The position numbers were made by a program, and so were the translations under genes. A model generated the notes under the pieces. That model was not told where the DNA came from. It ran no database searches and saw nothing but the letters and a program-made list of their open reading frames with translations. A DNA stretch of 64,000 bases from Alphaproteobacteria bacterium (lineage in GTDB: Bacteria > Pseudomonadota > Alphaproteobacteria > UBA6615), in contig CBDHEC010000046.1 in assembly GCA_965261975.1 (NCBI GenBank), positions 33,848-97,847 on the forward strand. The letters are read 5' to 3'. Below, in pieces: positions 39,337 through 50,217 of the stretch. Positions within the stretch are counted from its first letter, which is position 1. The number at the start of each line of letters is the position of its first letter.

Positions 39337-40770
39337 ATGAGCACTTCCACCGTTCACTCCACCAGCCGGAACTTCAAGAACAACGCCCGCGATCAGCTTG
39401 CCAACGAGGATCTGCAGGCGGCTCTCAACAAGGCACGCGGCCACTTCGTCGACGGCCGGGCGACGGCGCGGGACAATCTGCCCGAGTTCGACGATCTACG
39501 CGGCCAGGCCCGCGACATCAAGAACCACACCCTCGAGCATCTCGACTTCTATCTCGAGGCCTATGAGGAGAAGGTCCGCGAGTCCGGCGGGCATGTGCAC
39601 TGGGCCCGCACGGCGGCGGACGCGCAACAGATCGTCCTCGATATCTGCCGCTCGGTCGACGCCAAGCAGGTCAACAAGGGCAAGTCGATGATCGGCGAGG
39701 AGATCGAGATCAACAAGGCGCTGGAGGCCGACGGCATCCGCCCGATCGAGACCGATCTCGGTGAATACATCATCCAGCTGCGCGGCGAGCTGCCGAGCCA
39801 TATCATCGCGCCGGCGGTGCATCTGACCAAGGCACAGGTGGAATCGAGCTTCCGCGAGAACCACACCGAGCTCGATGGCGACCGGGTGCTCGAGGAACCG
39901 ATCAGCCTGCTCGACGAGGCGCGGACCATCCTGCGCAAGAAATACTTCGAGGCCGAGGTCGGGATCACCGGGGCGAACCTGCTGATCGCCGAGACCGGCT
40001 CGTCGATCATCGTTACCAACGAGGGCAATGGCGACCTGTCCCAACTGATCCCCAAGGTGCACATCGTGCTGGCGAGCCTCGAGAAGATCGTGCCGACCCT
40101 GGAAGACGCCGCCACCATCCTCAGGGTGCTGGCGCGATCGGCCACGGGCCAGGAATTCTCCAGCTACACGACGCTTTCCACGGGCCCGAAACGTGAAGAA
40201 GACCCGGATGGGCCCGAGCAGTATCACGTGATCCTGCTGGATAACGGCCGCACCGACATGCTCGGCACCGAGTTCGAGGAGATGCTGCGTTGCATCCGCT
40301 GCGGGGCGTGCATGAACCACTGCCCGGTCTACCAATCGGTCGGCGGCCACGCATACGGGTGGGTGTATCCCGGGCCCATGGGCTCGGTCCTGTCGCCGGG
40401 CCTGATCGGGGTGGATGAGGCGGGTCACCTGCCCAACGCCTCGTCCTTCTGTGGCCGCTGCGAGGAGGTGTGCCCGATGCACATCCCCCTGCCGAAGATG
40501 ATGCGCCACTGGCGCGAGCGGGAATTCGAAAGCCATCTCTCGCCGGGCTCCGCGCGGGTGGGGCTGGGCCTGTGGGCGTTCTTCGCCCGGCGGCCGAAGC
40601 TGTATCAGATGGCCACGGGTTTGCAGATGCGGATGCTCGCCTGGATGGGCCGCAAGCGCGGGCGCTTGTCGTCCGTGCCGCTGGCCAAGGGCTGGACCAG
40701 GTATCGCGAGCTGCCCGCGCCCCAGGGCCGGACGTTCCAGTCACGGTGGAAATCCGGGGAGCGGGTGTGA
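39337..40770 (+). CDS. lutB: Lactate utilisation protein B (LUD plus 4Fe-4S)
   Basis: ETDLGEYIIQL, CIRCGACMNHCPVY, CGRCEEVCP. Confidence 0.92.
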   Translation: MSTSTVHSTSRNFKNNARDQLANEDLQAALNKARGHFVDGRATARDNLPEFDDLRGQARDIKNHTLEHLDFYLEAYEEKVRESGGHVHWARTAADAQQIVLDICRSVDAKQVNKGKSMIGEEIEINKALEADGIRPIETDLGEYIIQLRGELPSHIIAPAVHLTKAQVESSFRENHTELDGDRVLEEPISLLDEARTILRKKYFEAEVGITGANLLIAETGSSIIVTNEGNGDLSQLIPKVHIVLASLEKIVPTLEDAATILRVLARSATGQEFSSYTTLSTGPKREEDPDGPEQYHVILLDNGRTDMLGTEFEEMLRCIRCGACMNHCPVYQSVGGHAYGWVYPGPMGSVLSPGLIGVDEAGHLPNASSFCGRCEEVCPMHIPLPKMMRHWREREFESHLSPGSARVGLGLWAFFARRPKLYQMATGLQMRMLAWMGRKRGRLSSVPLAKGWTRYRELPAPQGRTFQSRWKSGERV

Positions 40771-41474
40771 TGGGTAGCGACGCCAAGGACCAGATCATCT
40801 CATCCCTGCGCCGCTCGCGCGGCCGGTCAGGGCCCGTCGACGACGCCACGGCCGAGGCGCTGCGCGCGCGGATTGCCGGGCACAAGCGCAACATCGTGCC
40901 CGCGCGCACCGACACCGATCATCCCGGGCTGGTCGATCTGTTCGAGACCATGGCCCAGAAGGTCTTCGCGACCACGACCCGGGTCTCGGACATGGCCGAG
41001 GTGCCCGACGCGGTGGCGGAGTATCTGCGGGATTCGAACCTGCCATCGGAAGTGGTGATGGCGCCGGACACGGATCTCGATGCCGCACCCTGGGCCGACA
41101 ATTCGCTGCTGGAAATTCGCCGCGGCGTGCCCGACGAGCCCGACCAGGTGAGCATCACCTCGGCGCCCTCCGCGGTGGCCGAGACAGGTACGCTGGCCAT
41201 GTATTCCGGCCCGGCGCATCCCTCGACGCTGAATTTCATCCCCGAGACCCATGTGGTCGTGCTGCCGGCCAGCCGGGTGGTCAAATCCTATGAAGATGTG
41301 TTCGACGCGGTGCGTGACCTGGCGGCGGACCCCGATTCCGGACGGGGCGGCCTGCCGCCGCGCACGGTGAACTTCGTCACCGGCCCGTCGCGCTCGGGCG
41401 ATATCGAGCAGACGCTCTTGCTGGGTGCCCACGGCCCCCGTCGGCTGCATATCGTTATCGTCGAGGACGACTGA
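40770..41474 (+). CDS. lutC: Lactate utilisation protein C (LUD domain)
   Basis: AETGTL, FVTGPSRSGDIEQTLLLGAHGPRRL. Confidence 0.9.
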   Translation: MGSDAKDQIISSLRRSRGRSGPVDDATAEALRARIAGHKRNIVPARTDTDHPGLVDLFETMAQKVFATTTRVSDMAEVPDAVAEYLRDSNLPSEVVMAPDTDLDAAPWADNSLLEIRRGVPDEPDQVSITSAPSAVAETGTLAMYSGPAHPSTLNFIPETHVVVLPASRVVKSYEDVFDAVRDLAADPDSGRGGLPPRTVNFVTGPSRSGDIEQTLLLGAHGPRRLHIVIVEDD

Positions 41475-41482
41475 GCAAGGCG

Positions 41483-42046
41483 ATGTCACCGGGCGGCACC
41501 AGTGGCGATGACGATGACGACGAATTGTTCCGCCGCGCGCTCGCCGACGCGGCACCCCTGAAGCGACGGCGCCCGCAGCCCGCGAAGCCGGCACCCAGAA
41601 CCAAAGCGCCGCCGAAGACCGCGAAAAAGAAAGCGGCATCCGCCGCAGCTCCCCGCCCCGCGCCCCTCGCCCGCCCCAAGCCGCCGCCGGAGATTGCCGC
41701 CGGCGACTATGCGGGCATGGACCGGCGCACCGCCGACCGCTTTCGCCGGGGCCAGCTGCCCATCGAGGCGCGGCTCGATTTGCACGGCATGTATCAGGAC
41801 ACCGCGCAGGATGCGCTGGTCGGGTTCATCACGGAAAGCGCCGCGCGGGGCCGGCGCAATGTCCTGGTGATCACCGGGCGCGGATCGCGGGAGGGCTCGG
41901 GTGTATTGCGCGAACGCCTGCCCCAATGGCTGAACCAGTCGCCGTGCCGCGCCCATGTGCTGGCGTTCACATCCGCCCGCCCCCAGCATGGCCGCGACGG
42001 GGCCTTCTATGTGCTGCTGCGCCGAAAAAGAGGTGACAGGTCATGA
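41483..42046 (+). CDS. Smr/MutS2 C-terminal domain protein
   Basis: RLDLHGM, VLVITGRG, HGRDGAFYVLLR. Confidence 0.92.
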   Translation: MSPGGTSGDDDDDELFRRALADAAPLKRRRPQPAKPAPRTKAPPKTAKKKAASAAAPRPAPLARPKPPPEIAAGDYAGMDRRTADRFRRGQLPIEARLDLHGMYQDTAQDALVGFITESAARGRRNVLVITGRGSREGSGVLRERLPQWLNQSPCRAHVLAFTSARPQHGRDGAFYVLLRRKRGDRS

Positions 42047-42402
42047 CGCCGTTCGGGGCAAAGGTGCGGGCCTATCGCGCGGATCGGAATCTGACCCTCA
42101 AGGCGATGGCCGCGGATCTGCAAATCTCCGAGGCCTATCTGTCGTCCCTGGAACACGGTTATCGCGGCCGCCCGTCCGAGGCGCTGGTGGTGCAGATCTG
42201 CGAGTATTTCAACCTGATCTGGGACGATTACGAGGAGATGCACCGCCTCGCCGCGCTGTCCCACCCGAAGGTGACGGTCGACACGTCGGGCCTCACCCCG
42301 AACCACACGGAGCTTGCCAACACGCTCGCCGAGCGCATCCGCGATCTCTCCGACCAGGACGCCGCCGCGATCCTCGCGCGGTTGCGCGGGGATCTGTTTT
42401 AG
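42043..42402 (+). CDS. XRE-family HTH transcriptional regulator
   Basis: MTPFG...MAADLQISEAYLSSLEHG. Confidence 0.88.
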   Translation: MTPFGAKVRAYRADRNLTLKAMAADLQISEAYLSSLEHGYRGRPSEALVVQICEYFNLIWDDYEEMHRLAALSHPKVTVDTSGLTPNHTELANTLAERIRDLSDQDAAAILARLRGDLF

Positions 42403-42414
42403 GGCTGTGCCCGC

Positions 42415-43200
42415 CTAGTCGAACATCATCGCGACGCAGCGGATCCAGCCGCCGGACGCGCCCTTGATCTTCCACGGCATGCAGCTGACCATGAAGCCGT
42501 GATCGGGAAGTGTTTCAAGGTTGAGCAGCTTCTCCATGTGGCAGTAGGGCTGCTCGATGCCCGCCCAGTGGCCCTGCCACACGGCGTGGGCGTCCTTGTC
42601 CCGCGCATAGGTTTCCTGCTGCAGCGAGAAGGGCGCATCCCAGCCCCAGGCGTCGATGCCGGTCACCCGCACGCCGTGCTGCTGGGTCAGGAACAGGGTG
42701 GCCTCGCGGCCCATGCCGATGCCGCGGGAGAGATATTCCTCGGTGCCGTAATACTCGCTGGCCCGGGTGTTCACGAGCACGATGTCCAGCGGCTGCAGCT
42801 CATAGTCGATGCGCTTGAGCTCAGCCTCGATGTCGGACGGCTGGACGATGTAGCCGTCGTCGAAATGCCGGAAGTCGAACTTCACGGCCGGGCGGTAGAA
42901 CCAGTCCAGCGGCAGCTGGTCGATGGTCTGCATCGGGTTCCCGTCCTTGTCGACCGAGTGGTAATGCCACGGCGCGTCGATATGGGTGCCGTTATGGGTC
43001 GTCAGGGTGACGATCTCCCAGGCCCAGCCCTCGCCGTCGGGCAGGTCCACCGCCTTCATGCCCGGGAAAAAGCCGGCCATCGCCTCGGCGTTCTCTTCCT
43101 GGGTCACATACTGGATTTTCGGGCGCATGATCTCGGGATCGACGACGGTGTCGTTGTCGAGCGCCATCGAGAGGTCGACGATTTTCGTGGGTATCTGCAT
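42415..43200 (-). CDS. Cyclase family metal-dependent hydrolase (kynurenine formamidase-like)
   Basis: HNGTHIDAPWH motif, GIDAWGWD. Confidence 0.9.
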   Translation of the reverse strand: MQIPTKIVDLSMALDNDTVVDPEIMRPKIQYVTQEENAEAMAGFFPGMKAVDLPDGEGWAWEIVTLTTHNGTHIDAPWHYHSVDKDGNPMQTIDQLPLDWFYRPAVKFDFRHFDDGYIVQPSDIEAELKRIDYELQPLDIVLVNTRASEYYGTEEYLSRGIGMGREATLFLTQQHGVRVTGIDAWGWDAPFSLQQETYARDKDAHAVWQGHWAGIEQPYCHMEKLLNLETLPDHGFMVSCMPWKIKGASGGWIRCVAMMFD

Positions 43201-43275
43201 GGCTTCCCCCTGAAGCTTGTGTTGTTTGTTGGCGCCACCTTACGACGAGGCGGCGCCAGGGGGAAACAGGACTGT

Positions 43276-44586
43276 CTAGAGAATGAACTTCGACAAATCG
43301 GCGTTCTTGGTGAGCTCTTCCAGCCGCTCGCGGACCATCGCCTCGTCGATCTCGATCTCCTCGCCGTCCCGGTCGGGGGCCGAGAAGCTGATCTCGTCGA
43401 GCAATCGCTCGAGCACGGTGTGGAGGCGCCGTGCGCCGATATTTTCCACCGTCTGGTTGATCTGTGCCGACATCTCCGCGAGCGTGTCGATCGCGCCTTC
43501 CGAGAAGTTGAGGGTGACGCCTTCCGTGCCCATCAGGGCCACATACTGGCGGATCAGGCTGTTTTCGGGCTCGCGCAGGATGCGGCCGAAATCCTCCTGG
43601 GTGAGCGCGCGCAGCTCGACCCGGATCGGCAGCCGGCCCTGGAGCTCGGGCAGCAGGTCCGAGGGCTTGGCCAAGTGGAAGGCGCCCGAGGCGATAAACA
43701 GGATATGGTCGGTTTTGACGGCGCCATGCTTGGTGACGACGGTCGTGCCCTCGATCAGCGGCAGCAGGTCGCGCTGCACGCCTTCGCGGCTGACATCGGC
43801 GCCCTGCCGATCGGACCGCGCGGTGATCTTGTCGATCTCGTCCAGGAAGACGATGCCGTTATCCTCGACCGATTTGAGGGCCTCGCGGACCAGCTTTTCC
43901 TCGTCGAGCAGCTTGTCGGCCTCGTCGCCGATCAGCACGTCATAGCTCTCCGCCACGGTCATACGCCGGGACTTGGTCTGTTGGCCGAAAGCCTTGCCCA
44001 GCATGTCGTTGAGGTTGATCATCCCCATCTGACCACCGGGCATACCCGGTATGTCCATGGTCGGCAGGCCCATGCCGCCGGTGTCCGCGACATCGATCTC
44101 GATCTCCTTGTCGTCGAGCTCGCCCGAACGCAGTTTTTCGCGGAACGAGGCGCGGGTGGACTCGCTGGCGTTCTCGCCGACCAGCGCGTCCAGCACGCGG
44201 GCCTCGGCGTTGAACTCGGCCTGGGCCACCACCTCCTTGCGCTTCGTCTCGCGGGTCATGAGGATCGCCTGTTCGACCAGGTCGCGGATGATCGATTCCA
44301 CGTCACGGCCGACATAGCCGACTTCCGTGAACTTGGTGGCCTCGATCTTGATGAAGGGCGCGTTGGCAAGCCGCGCCAGGCGGCGGGAAATTTCCGTCTT
44401 GCCCACACCGGTCGGGCCGATCATCAGGATATTCTTCGGCAGCACCTCTTCGCGCATGTCGCCGGTCAGCTGCTGGCGGCGCCAGCGGTTGCGGAGCGCA
44501 ATGGCGACGGCGCGCTTGGCGTCGTTCTGGCCGATGATGAAACGGTCGAGCTCGGAGACGATCTCGCGCGGGGAAAAATTGGTCAT
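43276..44586 (-). CDS. hslU: ATP-dependent protease ATPase subunit HslU
   Basis: [34 protein letters not shown]. Confidence 0.98.
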   Translation of the reverse strand: MTNFSPREIVSELDRFIIGQNDAKRAVAIALRNRWRRQQLTGDMREEVLPKNILMIGPTGVGKTEISRRLARLANAPFIKIEATKFTEVGYVGRDVESIIRDLVEQAILMTRETKRKEVVAQAEFNAEARVLDALVGENASESTRASFREKLRSGELDDKEIEIDVADTGGMGLPTMDIPGMPGGQMGMINLNDMLGKAFGQQTKSRRMTVAESYDVLIGDEADKLLDEEKLVREALKSVEDNGIVFLDEIDKITARSDRQGADVSREGVQRDLLPLIEGTTVVTKHGAVKTDHILFIASGAFHLAKPSDLLPELQGRLPIRVELRALTQEDFGRILREPENSLIRQYVALMGTEGVTLNFSEGAIDTLAEMSAQINQTVENIGARRLHTVLERLLDEISFSAPDRDGEEIEIDEAMVRERLEELTKNADLSKFIL

Positions 44587-44596
44587 GAGCTTTCCG

Positions 44597-45157
44597 TTAC
44601 AGGCTTTCGATCGTCACATTGGTGTTGGTGTAGACGCAGATGTCGGCGGCAATCGCCATCGCCTGCTCGGCGACCTCGCGGGGCGAGAGCTCATCGCGGG
44701 TCACCAGCGCGCGGGCCGCGGCCAGCGCATAGTTGCCGCCCGAACCGATGGCGATGATGCCGTCATCGGGCTCCAGCACGTCGCCGGTGCCGGTCAACAC
44801 GAGGGAGGTATCCTTGCTGGCGACCGCCATCATGGCTTCCAGCCGGCGCAGATAGCGGTCGGTTCGCCAGTCCTTGGCGAGCTCCACGCAGGCACGGGTG
44901 AGCTGGCCGGGATGCTGCTCGAGCTTGGCCTCGAGGCGTTCGAACAGGGTCATCGCGTCGGCGGTGGCACCGGCGAAGCCGGCGATCACGCTGCCGTCGC
45001 CCAGCGGGCGGACCTTGCGCGCGCTGGCCTTGATCACGGTCTGGCCGAGGGTCACCTGCCCGTCGCCTGCGATCACGACGTCGTTGCCCTTGCGCACGGA
45101 CAGGATGGTCGTGCCGTGCCAGGTCGGGATGCGGTCGTCGGCTTGGAGATTATTCAT
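44597..45157 (-). CDS. hslV: ATP-dependent protease subunit HslV
   Basis: [25 protein letters not shown]. Confidence 0.98.
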   Translation of the reverse strand: MNNLQADDRIPTWHGTTILSVRKGNDVVIAGDGQVTLGQTVIKASARKVRPLGDGSVIAGFAGATADAMTLFERLEAKLEQHPGQLTRACVELAKDWRTDRYLRRLEAMMAVASKDTSLVLTGTGDVLEPDDGIIAIGSGGNYALAAARALVTRDELSPREVAEQAMAIAADICVYTNTNVTIESL

Positions 45158-45268
45158 GGTCGCGTTCCGCCGTTGATAGAATATCCGTCAGAGGCCCGTC
45201 GGGGCCGGTCCGGGAGGGACCGAGTCCTGCCGCATCCGGGCGGCGGGCGCAATGGCCGAGAAGCCTCC

Positions 45269-45296
45269 ATGTGGGGTGATCGCGGTGCGGATCAAG
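45269..45296 (-). promoter_or_regulatory. Putative sigma-32 (RpoH) promoter of hslVU
   Basis: Minus strand CTTGAT-N16-CCACAT upstream of a heat-shock operon. Confidence 0.6.
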
Positions 45297-45331
45297 CCCT
45301 GTCGGGCCACCATCGAGCCGCCGACCCGCGC

Positions 45332-46201
45332 TCAGGGCCGGACGTCGATGACGAAATGGAACGGCGTGTCGTGGCCGCCGGCCTCGATGCTGTTCTCGCC
45401 AATGTGAAGAGACACGGCATTTCGGGGCTCGTCGAGGCCGATGCGTTCGCCGTTGACGAGCGTGCCGAGCTGGCTGCCGGCATCGCGGATCATCAGGCCG
45501 GGCCGGCCGATCTCGATCAGGAAATGAAGCCGCGAGAGGTTGTAGGGCCGCTCGTCCGAAAATTGCAGAACGATGTCGGTGCGCGGGATCTGCTCGCCGC
45601 GCCGGGGCTTGCGTCCGACCCCGTATGGCGTTTCCTTGATCTTCACGCCACGCCGGGGCATGCCGCTGCGCGTCGCGTCGCTGGCGGGTTTTATCCAGAC
45701 GGCGGACCAGCTGCCCATCGCGGCGATGTCGCCGGGATGTGGTGCGGCCGGCTTTCGTTTCCCGGTTATCGGGAAGACGTTGGAGTTCGCATCGGTGCCC
45801 CTCGGTTCGACCGGGGGGTCGGTCTCGGCGAAGATATCGACCCGCGTATCCGCCCCGGTCTCGGCGTCCGGTACGAGGTCCAGTGAATTGAGCAGCTGGG
45901 TTGCCGCGCTGCGGACCTTGTCGGGGTTGCGGGCGAGCTGCGCGGCCACGGTGCCGCGATCCACCATCGCCGCCTCGACCGGGCCGACGGCGATCGCGCT
46001 CAGGTCCTGGCGCCCGCCGAACAACAGGCTCGCCGCGCCGATGACGTCCCCCTGACGGGCGTCGCCCAGCAGGGTACCTGCCGCGTTGCGCAGCTCGACA
46101 TGACCCGTGACGATCACGAAGCCCACGTCCGGGTCCTCGCCGGCGCGGAGCAGGAATTCCTGATCGGAGAAGATTCGGGTACGCCCGGGCAGAGTGTTCA
46201 T
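45332..46201 (-). CDS. Cyclic-nucleotide-binding-like domain plus FHA domain protein
   Basis: N-terminal LLRAGE..GFVIVTGHVEL..GDVIGAASLL (cNMP-like); C-terminal GVGR..LSRLHF..DAGSQLGTLVNG (FHA). Confidence 0.75.
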   Translation of the reverse strand: MNTLPGRTRIFSDQEFLLRAGEDPDVGFVIVTGHVELRNAAGTLLGDARQGDVIGAASLLFGGRQDLSAIAVGPVEAAMVDRGTVAAQLARNPDKVRSAATQLLNSLDLVPDAETGADTRVDIFAETDPPVEPRGTDANSNVFPITGKRKPAAPHPGDIAAMGSWSAVWIKPASDATRSGMPRRGVKIKETPYGVGRKPRRGEQIPRTDIVLQFSDERPYNLSRLHFLIEIGRPGLMIRDAGSQLGTLVNGERIGLDEPRNAVSLHIGENSIEAGGHDTPFHFVIDVRP

Positions 46202-46368
46202 GACAACGCGAGGAATGAATGGGTCGAATTGTCGTATGATGCCGAAATACGGCGGATAGGCCAATCCGAATTACATGCATTAGTACGCACCGCGGGATGG
46301 CGTCCGGCCGTCGTGCCTGCTATTTAGGCGCCGCATTCGGCCCCAAACGGGCCTGCAGGAGAAAAACC

Positions 46369-47004
46369 ATGAGTGTTCAGGAACTTACCGAGCGCGGCCA
46401 GGGTCGAACGGCCGAAGTCGTGCGCACAACGAAGGAAACAGATATTTCCGTCGCGGTGAACCTCGACGGGACCGGCGCCTATGATGTGGAGACGGGCATC
46501 GGTTTCCTCGACCACATGCTCGAGCAACTCGCGCGCCACAGCCTGATCGATCTGACGGTGCGTGCGAAGGGTGACCTGCACATCGATTTCCACCACACGA
46601 CCGAAGACAGCGGTTATGCGGTCGGCGAGGCGATCAGCAATGCGCTGGGCGACCGCCGCGGCATCCGCCGCTACGGCGATGCGCTCGTGCCGATGGACGA
46701 GACCCTGACCCGGGTGGCGCTGGACGCGTCGAACCGGCCCTACCTGGTGTGGAAGGTGCCGTTCACCCGGCCGAAGCTGGGCGACATGGATACCGAGCTG
46801 TTCCAGGAATGGTACCGGGCCTTCGCCCAGTCGGCCGGCCTGACGCTGCATGTCGAGACGCTTTATGGCGAGAACAACCATCACATGGTCGAGTCCTGCT
46901 ACAAGGGTCTCGCCCGCGCCCTGCGCGTTGCCGTGGAGATCGATCCGCGGCGCGCCGACGATGTACCGTCGACCAAGGGTGTTCTGGGCGGTTCGATCGA
47001 TTAA
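46369..47004 (+). CDS. hisB: Imidazoleglycerol-phosphate dehydratase
   Basis: [25 protein letters not shown]. Confidence 0.97.
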   Translation: MSVQELTERGQGRTAEVVRTTKETDISVAVNLDGTGAYDVETGIGFLDHMLEQLARHSLIDLTVRAKGDLHIDFHHTTEDSGYAVGEAISNALGDRRGIRRYGDALVPMDETLTRVALDASNRPYLVWKVPFTRPKLGDMDTELFQEWYRAFAQSAGLTLHVETLYGENNHHMVESCYKGLARALRVAVEIDPRRADDVPSTKGVLGGSID

Positions 47005-47035
47005 GCGGCCGGATGGCCGTGCGGCGGCAGCAGAC

Positions 47036-47908
47036 ATGAACGAAACCGGGCGCACGCGCACAGACAAGCGCGACGAATCCACGCCGGGGGCGGTGCCCAC
47101 GGCGGTGAGCGCGGCTGCCTATGGCCCGCTCGTGCGCTTTCGCAAATGGATGGTCGATCGCATGGTCGCCAGGCGCGCACGGCGCGCCGAGGCGGTCCTG
47201 CGGGCCAACGGCGAGCTGTGGGACCTGATGACCCGGGCCGCCGCCGGCACGGCGGTGACGGGGGCGTCCTTCTCGGATTACCTGACCCTGTATGAACAGG
47301 TCCGGGCGTTCCGGCCGCGCGAGGTTCTTGAATGCGGCACCGGCATATCGACCGTCGTTCTGGCCTATGGGTTGATGGAGAATGCGCGCGAGGACGGCGG
47401 TGCGCCGGGCCGGGTGACCTCGATGGAGGACGACCGGTCCTGGTTCGAGGTGGCCGGCACGCGCCTGCCCGAGGAAGTCCGCGATGTGGTGGACCTGATC
47501 CACAGCCCCAAGCGCGACGGCTTCTACAAATGTTTTCGCGGCGTGCAGTATGAGTCCCTGCCCGACCGGCCCTATGATTTTGTCTTCTCCGACGGGCCCG
47601 ACCGCCACTCGCCGGTCAATGGCGACAAGCTGTTCAACCTCGATCTGATCCATGTGGTCGCCCGGTCCGATCGCCCGGTGCGCGCGGTCGTCGACAATCA
47701 CTATCTGACCTTCTACATCCTGCAGAAGGTGTTCGGCATCGAGCATGCCCGCTACAGCGTCAGCCACAAGCTGATGTTCGTCGGCCCGGTTACCCGCGAC
47801 GATGTGCGGTTCCTGCGCAAGGAATCCTTCCTGCCGGATTTGCGACTATTCTCGACGACGGAGCTGAAACTGCGTATGGCCCGCGAAGATTCGGTATCGG
47901 GACAGTAG
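47036..47908 (+). CDS. Putative class I SAM-dependent methyltransferase
   Basis: VLECGTGISTVVLA motif I-like, VTSMEDD, YDFVFSDGP. Confidence 0.65.
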   Translation: MNETGRTRTDKRDESTPGAVPTAVSAAAYGPLVRFRKWMVDRMVARRARRAEAVLRANGELWDLMTRAAAGTAVTGASFSDYLTLYEQVRAFRPREVLECGTGISTVVLAYGLMENAREDGGAPGRVTSMEDDRSWFEVAGTRLPEEVRDVVDLIHSPKRDGFYKCFRGVQYESLPDRPYDFVFSDGPDRHSPVNGDKLFNLDLIHVVARSDRPVRAVVDNHYLTFYILQKVFGIEHARYSVSHKLMFVGPVTRDDVRFLRKESFLPDLRLFSTTELKLRMAREDSVSGQ

Positions 47909-47910
47909 CG

Positions 47911-48285
47911 ATGGGCACGAAAATCTACACGGTGCACACGAACAGTTGGTCGGCCTCGGCCGATGGCGACGCGGTCCTGATCAAGGAGGGGTTCAGCTGG
48001 CCGGCCTTCCTGTTCGGGCCGCTCTGGGCGCTCTGGCATGGCATGTGGCGCACGGCGATTGTGCTTGTGATTCTGTCGGGGGCCGTCAGCGGCGCCGGCC
48101 TGGTTGCCGGCCTGGCCGAGGCGGGTGATCTCGCGCTGTCGGCGGGGCTGCAGGTCGCGATGGGCCTGTGGGCGAATGACTGGCGCCGACATGTGCTGGC
48201 GCGTCGCGACATTCGCGAACGGGGCGCGATCGCGGCCCGGCGGATGCGCGACGCCGAACAGCGTTATCTGACGGGAGCAATCTAG
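47911..48285 (+). CDS. DUF2628 family membrane protein
   Basis: [22 protein letters not shown]. Confidence 0.85.
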   Translation: MGTKIYTVHTNSWSASADGDAVLIKEGFSWPAFLFGPLWALWHGMWRTAIVLVILSGAVSGAGLVAGLAEAGDLALSAGLQVAMGLWANDWRRHVLARRDIRERGAIAARRMRDAEQRYLTGAI

Positions 48286-48289
48286 GCCG

Positions 48290-48940
48290 ATGGAGACCGT
48301 GGCGATCATCGATTACGGCTCGGGCAACCTGCGCTCGGCGGCCAAGGCCTTTGAGCGGTCGGCCCAGGAGGCCGGCCTGGCGCGCGAGATTGTCGTGACG
48401 CAAGACCCGGATGTCGTCGCCGGCGCCGACCGGGTGGTGCTGCCGGGGGTGGGCGCGTTTCGCGACTGTCGCGACGGGCTGGCCGCGCGCGACGGCATGC
48501 TCGAGGCGCTGCACGCGGCGGTGCAGACACGCGCACAGCCCTTTCTGGGGATCTGTGTGGGCATGCAGCTGATGGCGACCCGCGGCCTTGAGCATGGCGA
48601 GACGCCCGGCTTCGGCTGGATCCCCGGCGACGTGGTGCCGATTGCGCCGTCCGATGCGGGCCTCAAGATTCCCCATATGGGCTGGAACGAGCTCGACATC
48701 GTCGCGCGCGACCACCCGCTCCTGTCGGGTTTCGCGGCCGGGAATCCGCACGCCTATTTCGTGCACAGCTATCACCTGGCGGCCGAAAATGCCGACGATG
48801 TGCTGGCGCGTGTCGAGTATGGTGGCGCGATCACCGCGGCGGTTGGACGCGACAACATGATCGGGACCCAGTTCCACCCGGAGAAAAGTCAGGCCGTCGG
48901 CCTGGCGCTGATCGATGCATTCCTGAGGTGGTCACCATGA
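48290..48940 (+). CDS. hisH: Imidazole glycerol phosphate synthase glutaminase subunit
   Basis: [29 protein letters not shown]. Confidence 0.97.
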   Translation: METVAIIDYGSGNLRSAAKAFERSAQEAGLAREIVVTQDPDVVAGADRVVLPGVGAFRDCRDGLAARDGMLEALHAAVQTRAQPFLGICVGMQLMATRGLEHGETPGFGWIPGDVVPIAPSDAGLKIPHMGWNELDIVARDHPLLSGFAAGNPHAYFVHSYHLAAENADDVLARVEYGGAITAAVGRDNMIGTQFHPEKSQAVGLALIDAFLRWSP

Positions 48941-49452
48941 CGGACACCCAGATCGAGCGGCTGTCGGAATTTCGCGGCAACGATCTGGCCGACCTGTGCG
49001 ACGCGGCCGAGGCCGCGATTGTCGCCGGCGGGGGTTTCGGCTGGCTGGCGCCGCCGCGCCGCGACGTGATGGAGGCCTACTGGCGGGGCAACCTGCTGGT
49101 GCCGGGGCGCACCGTGTTCGTCGGCCGGCTCGACGGGGTGATCGCCGGGTCCGCGCAGCTCAACCGGCCGCGCGCGAGCAGCGAATCCCAGTCATTTGCG
49201 GTCAATGTCTCGACCTTCTTCGTGGCACCCTGGGCGCGCGGTCACGGGCTGGCGCCGGGGATGCTGTTGGCATGCGAGGAACTGGCCCGGCGCGAGGCCT
49301 ACACGGTGCTCAATCTCGACGTGCGCTCGACCCAGGAGCGCGCCATACAGATTTACGAGGAAAGCGGCTATGTGCGCTGGGGGACCCTGCCGCGATATGC
49401 GCGGGTCGCGGGCGAGTATGTCGAGGGCTATTTTTACACCAAGAATCTCTGA
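48937..49452 (+). CDS. GNAT family acetyltransferase
   Basis: [12 protein letters not shown] motif A; [10 protein letters not shown]. Confidence 0.88.
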   Translation: MTDTQIERLSEFRGNDLADLCDAAEAAIVAGGGFGWLAPPRRDVMEAYWRGNLLVPGRTVFVGRLDGVIAGSAQLNRPRASSESQSFAVNVSTFFVAPWARGHGLAPGMLLACEELARREAYTVLNLDVRSTQERAIQIYEESGYVRWGTLPRYARVAGEYVEGYFYTKNL

Positions 49453-49476
49453 TCGGGATTTCTCGGAAGGCTGACC

Positions 49477-50217
49477 ATGATTCTGTTTCCTGCGATTGAT
49501 CTGAAAGACGGGGCGTGCGTGCGCCTGCTGCGCGGCGACATGGACGCGGCAACGGTGTTCAACGACAGCCCGTCCGACCAGGCGCGCGCCTTCGTCGAGG
49601 CCGGCGCGGACTGGCTGCACATCGTCGATCTCAACGGCGCTTTCGATGGGCAATCGGTGAACGGCGATGCGGTGCGCGGTGTCCTCGACGTGACCCGTGC
49701 GGCGGGCGTTAACGTCCAGCTTGGCGGTGGCATACGCACGCCCGAGCATGTCGCGGGCTGGCTCGCCGACGGGGTCGACCGGGTCATCCTCGGCACCGCG
49801 GCGGTCAAGGACCCGAAGCTGGTGATCGAATCCTGCCGGGCCTATCCCGGGCAGGTGGCGGTGGGCATCGATGCGCGCGGCGGCCGGGTTGCGGTCGAGG
49901 GCTGGGCCGAAACATCCGACCTGGCGGCGGACGAGCTGGCGCGACGGTTCGAGGACGCCGGCGTGGCGGCGCTGATCTATACCGACATCGACCGCGACGG
50001 GGTAATGCAGGGCCCGAATGTGGATGCGACGGTCGCGCTGGCGCGGGCCATCTCGATCCCGGTGATCGCCTCGGGCGGCGTGTCGTCGCTGGAAGACATT
50101 GAGGTGTTCTTGCCCCACGAAGGCGACGGCATCGCCGGCGTGATTTCGGGCCGAGCGATTTATGACGGGCGGATCGACCTGGCCGCCGCGCTGGCGCGCC
50201 TGCGGGGAGACGGGTGA
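49477..50217 (+). CDS. hisA: ProFAR isomerase
   Basis: [32 protein letters not shown]. Confidence 0.97.
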   Translation: MILFPAIDLKDGACVRLLRGDMDAATVFNDSPSDQARAFVEAGADWLHIVDLNGAFDGQSVNGDAVRGVLDVTRAAGVNVQLGGGIRTPEHVAGWLADGVDRVILGTAAVKDPKLVIESCRAYPGQVAVGIDARGGRVAVEGWAETSDLAADELARRFEDAGVAALIYTDIDRDGVMQGPNVDATVALARAISIPVIASGGVSSLEDIEVFLPHEGDGIAGVISGRAIYDGRIDLAAALARLRGDG

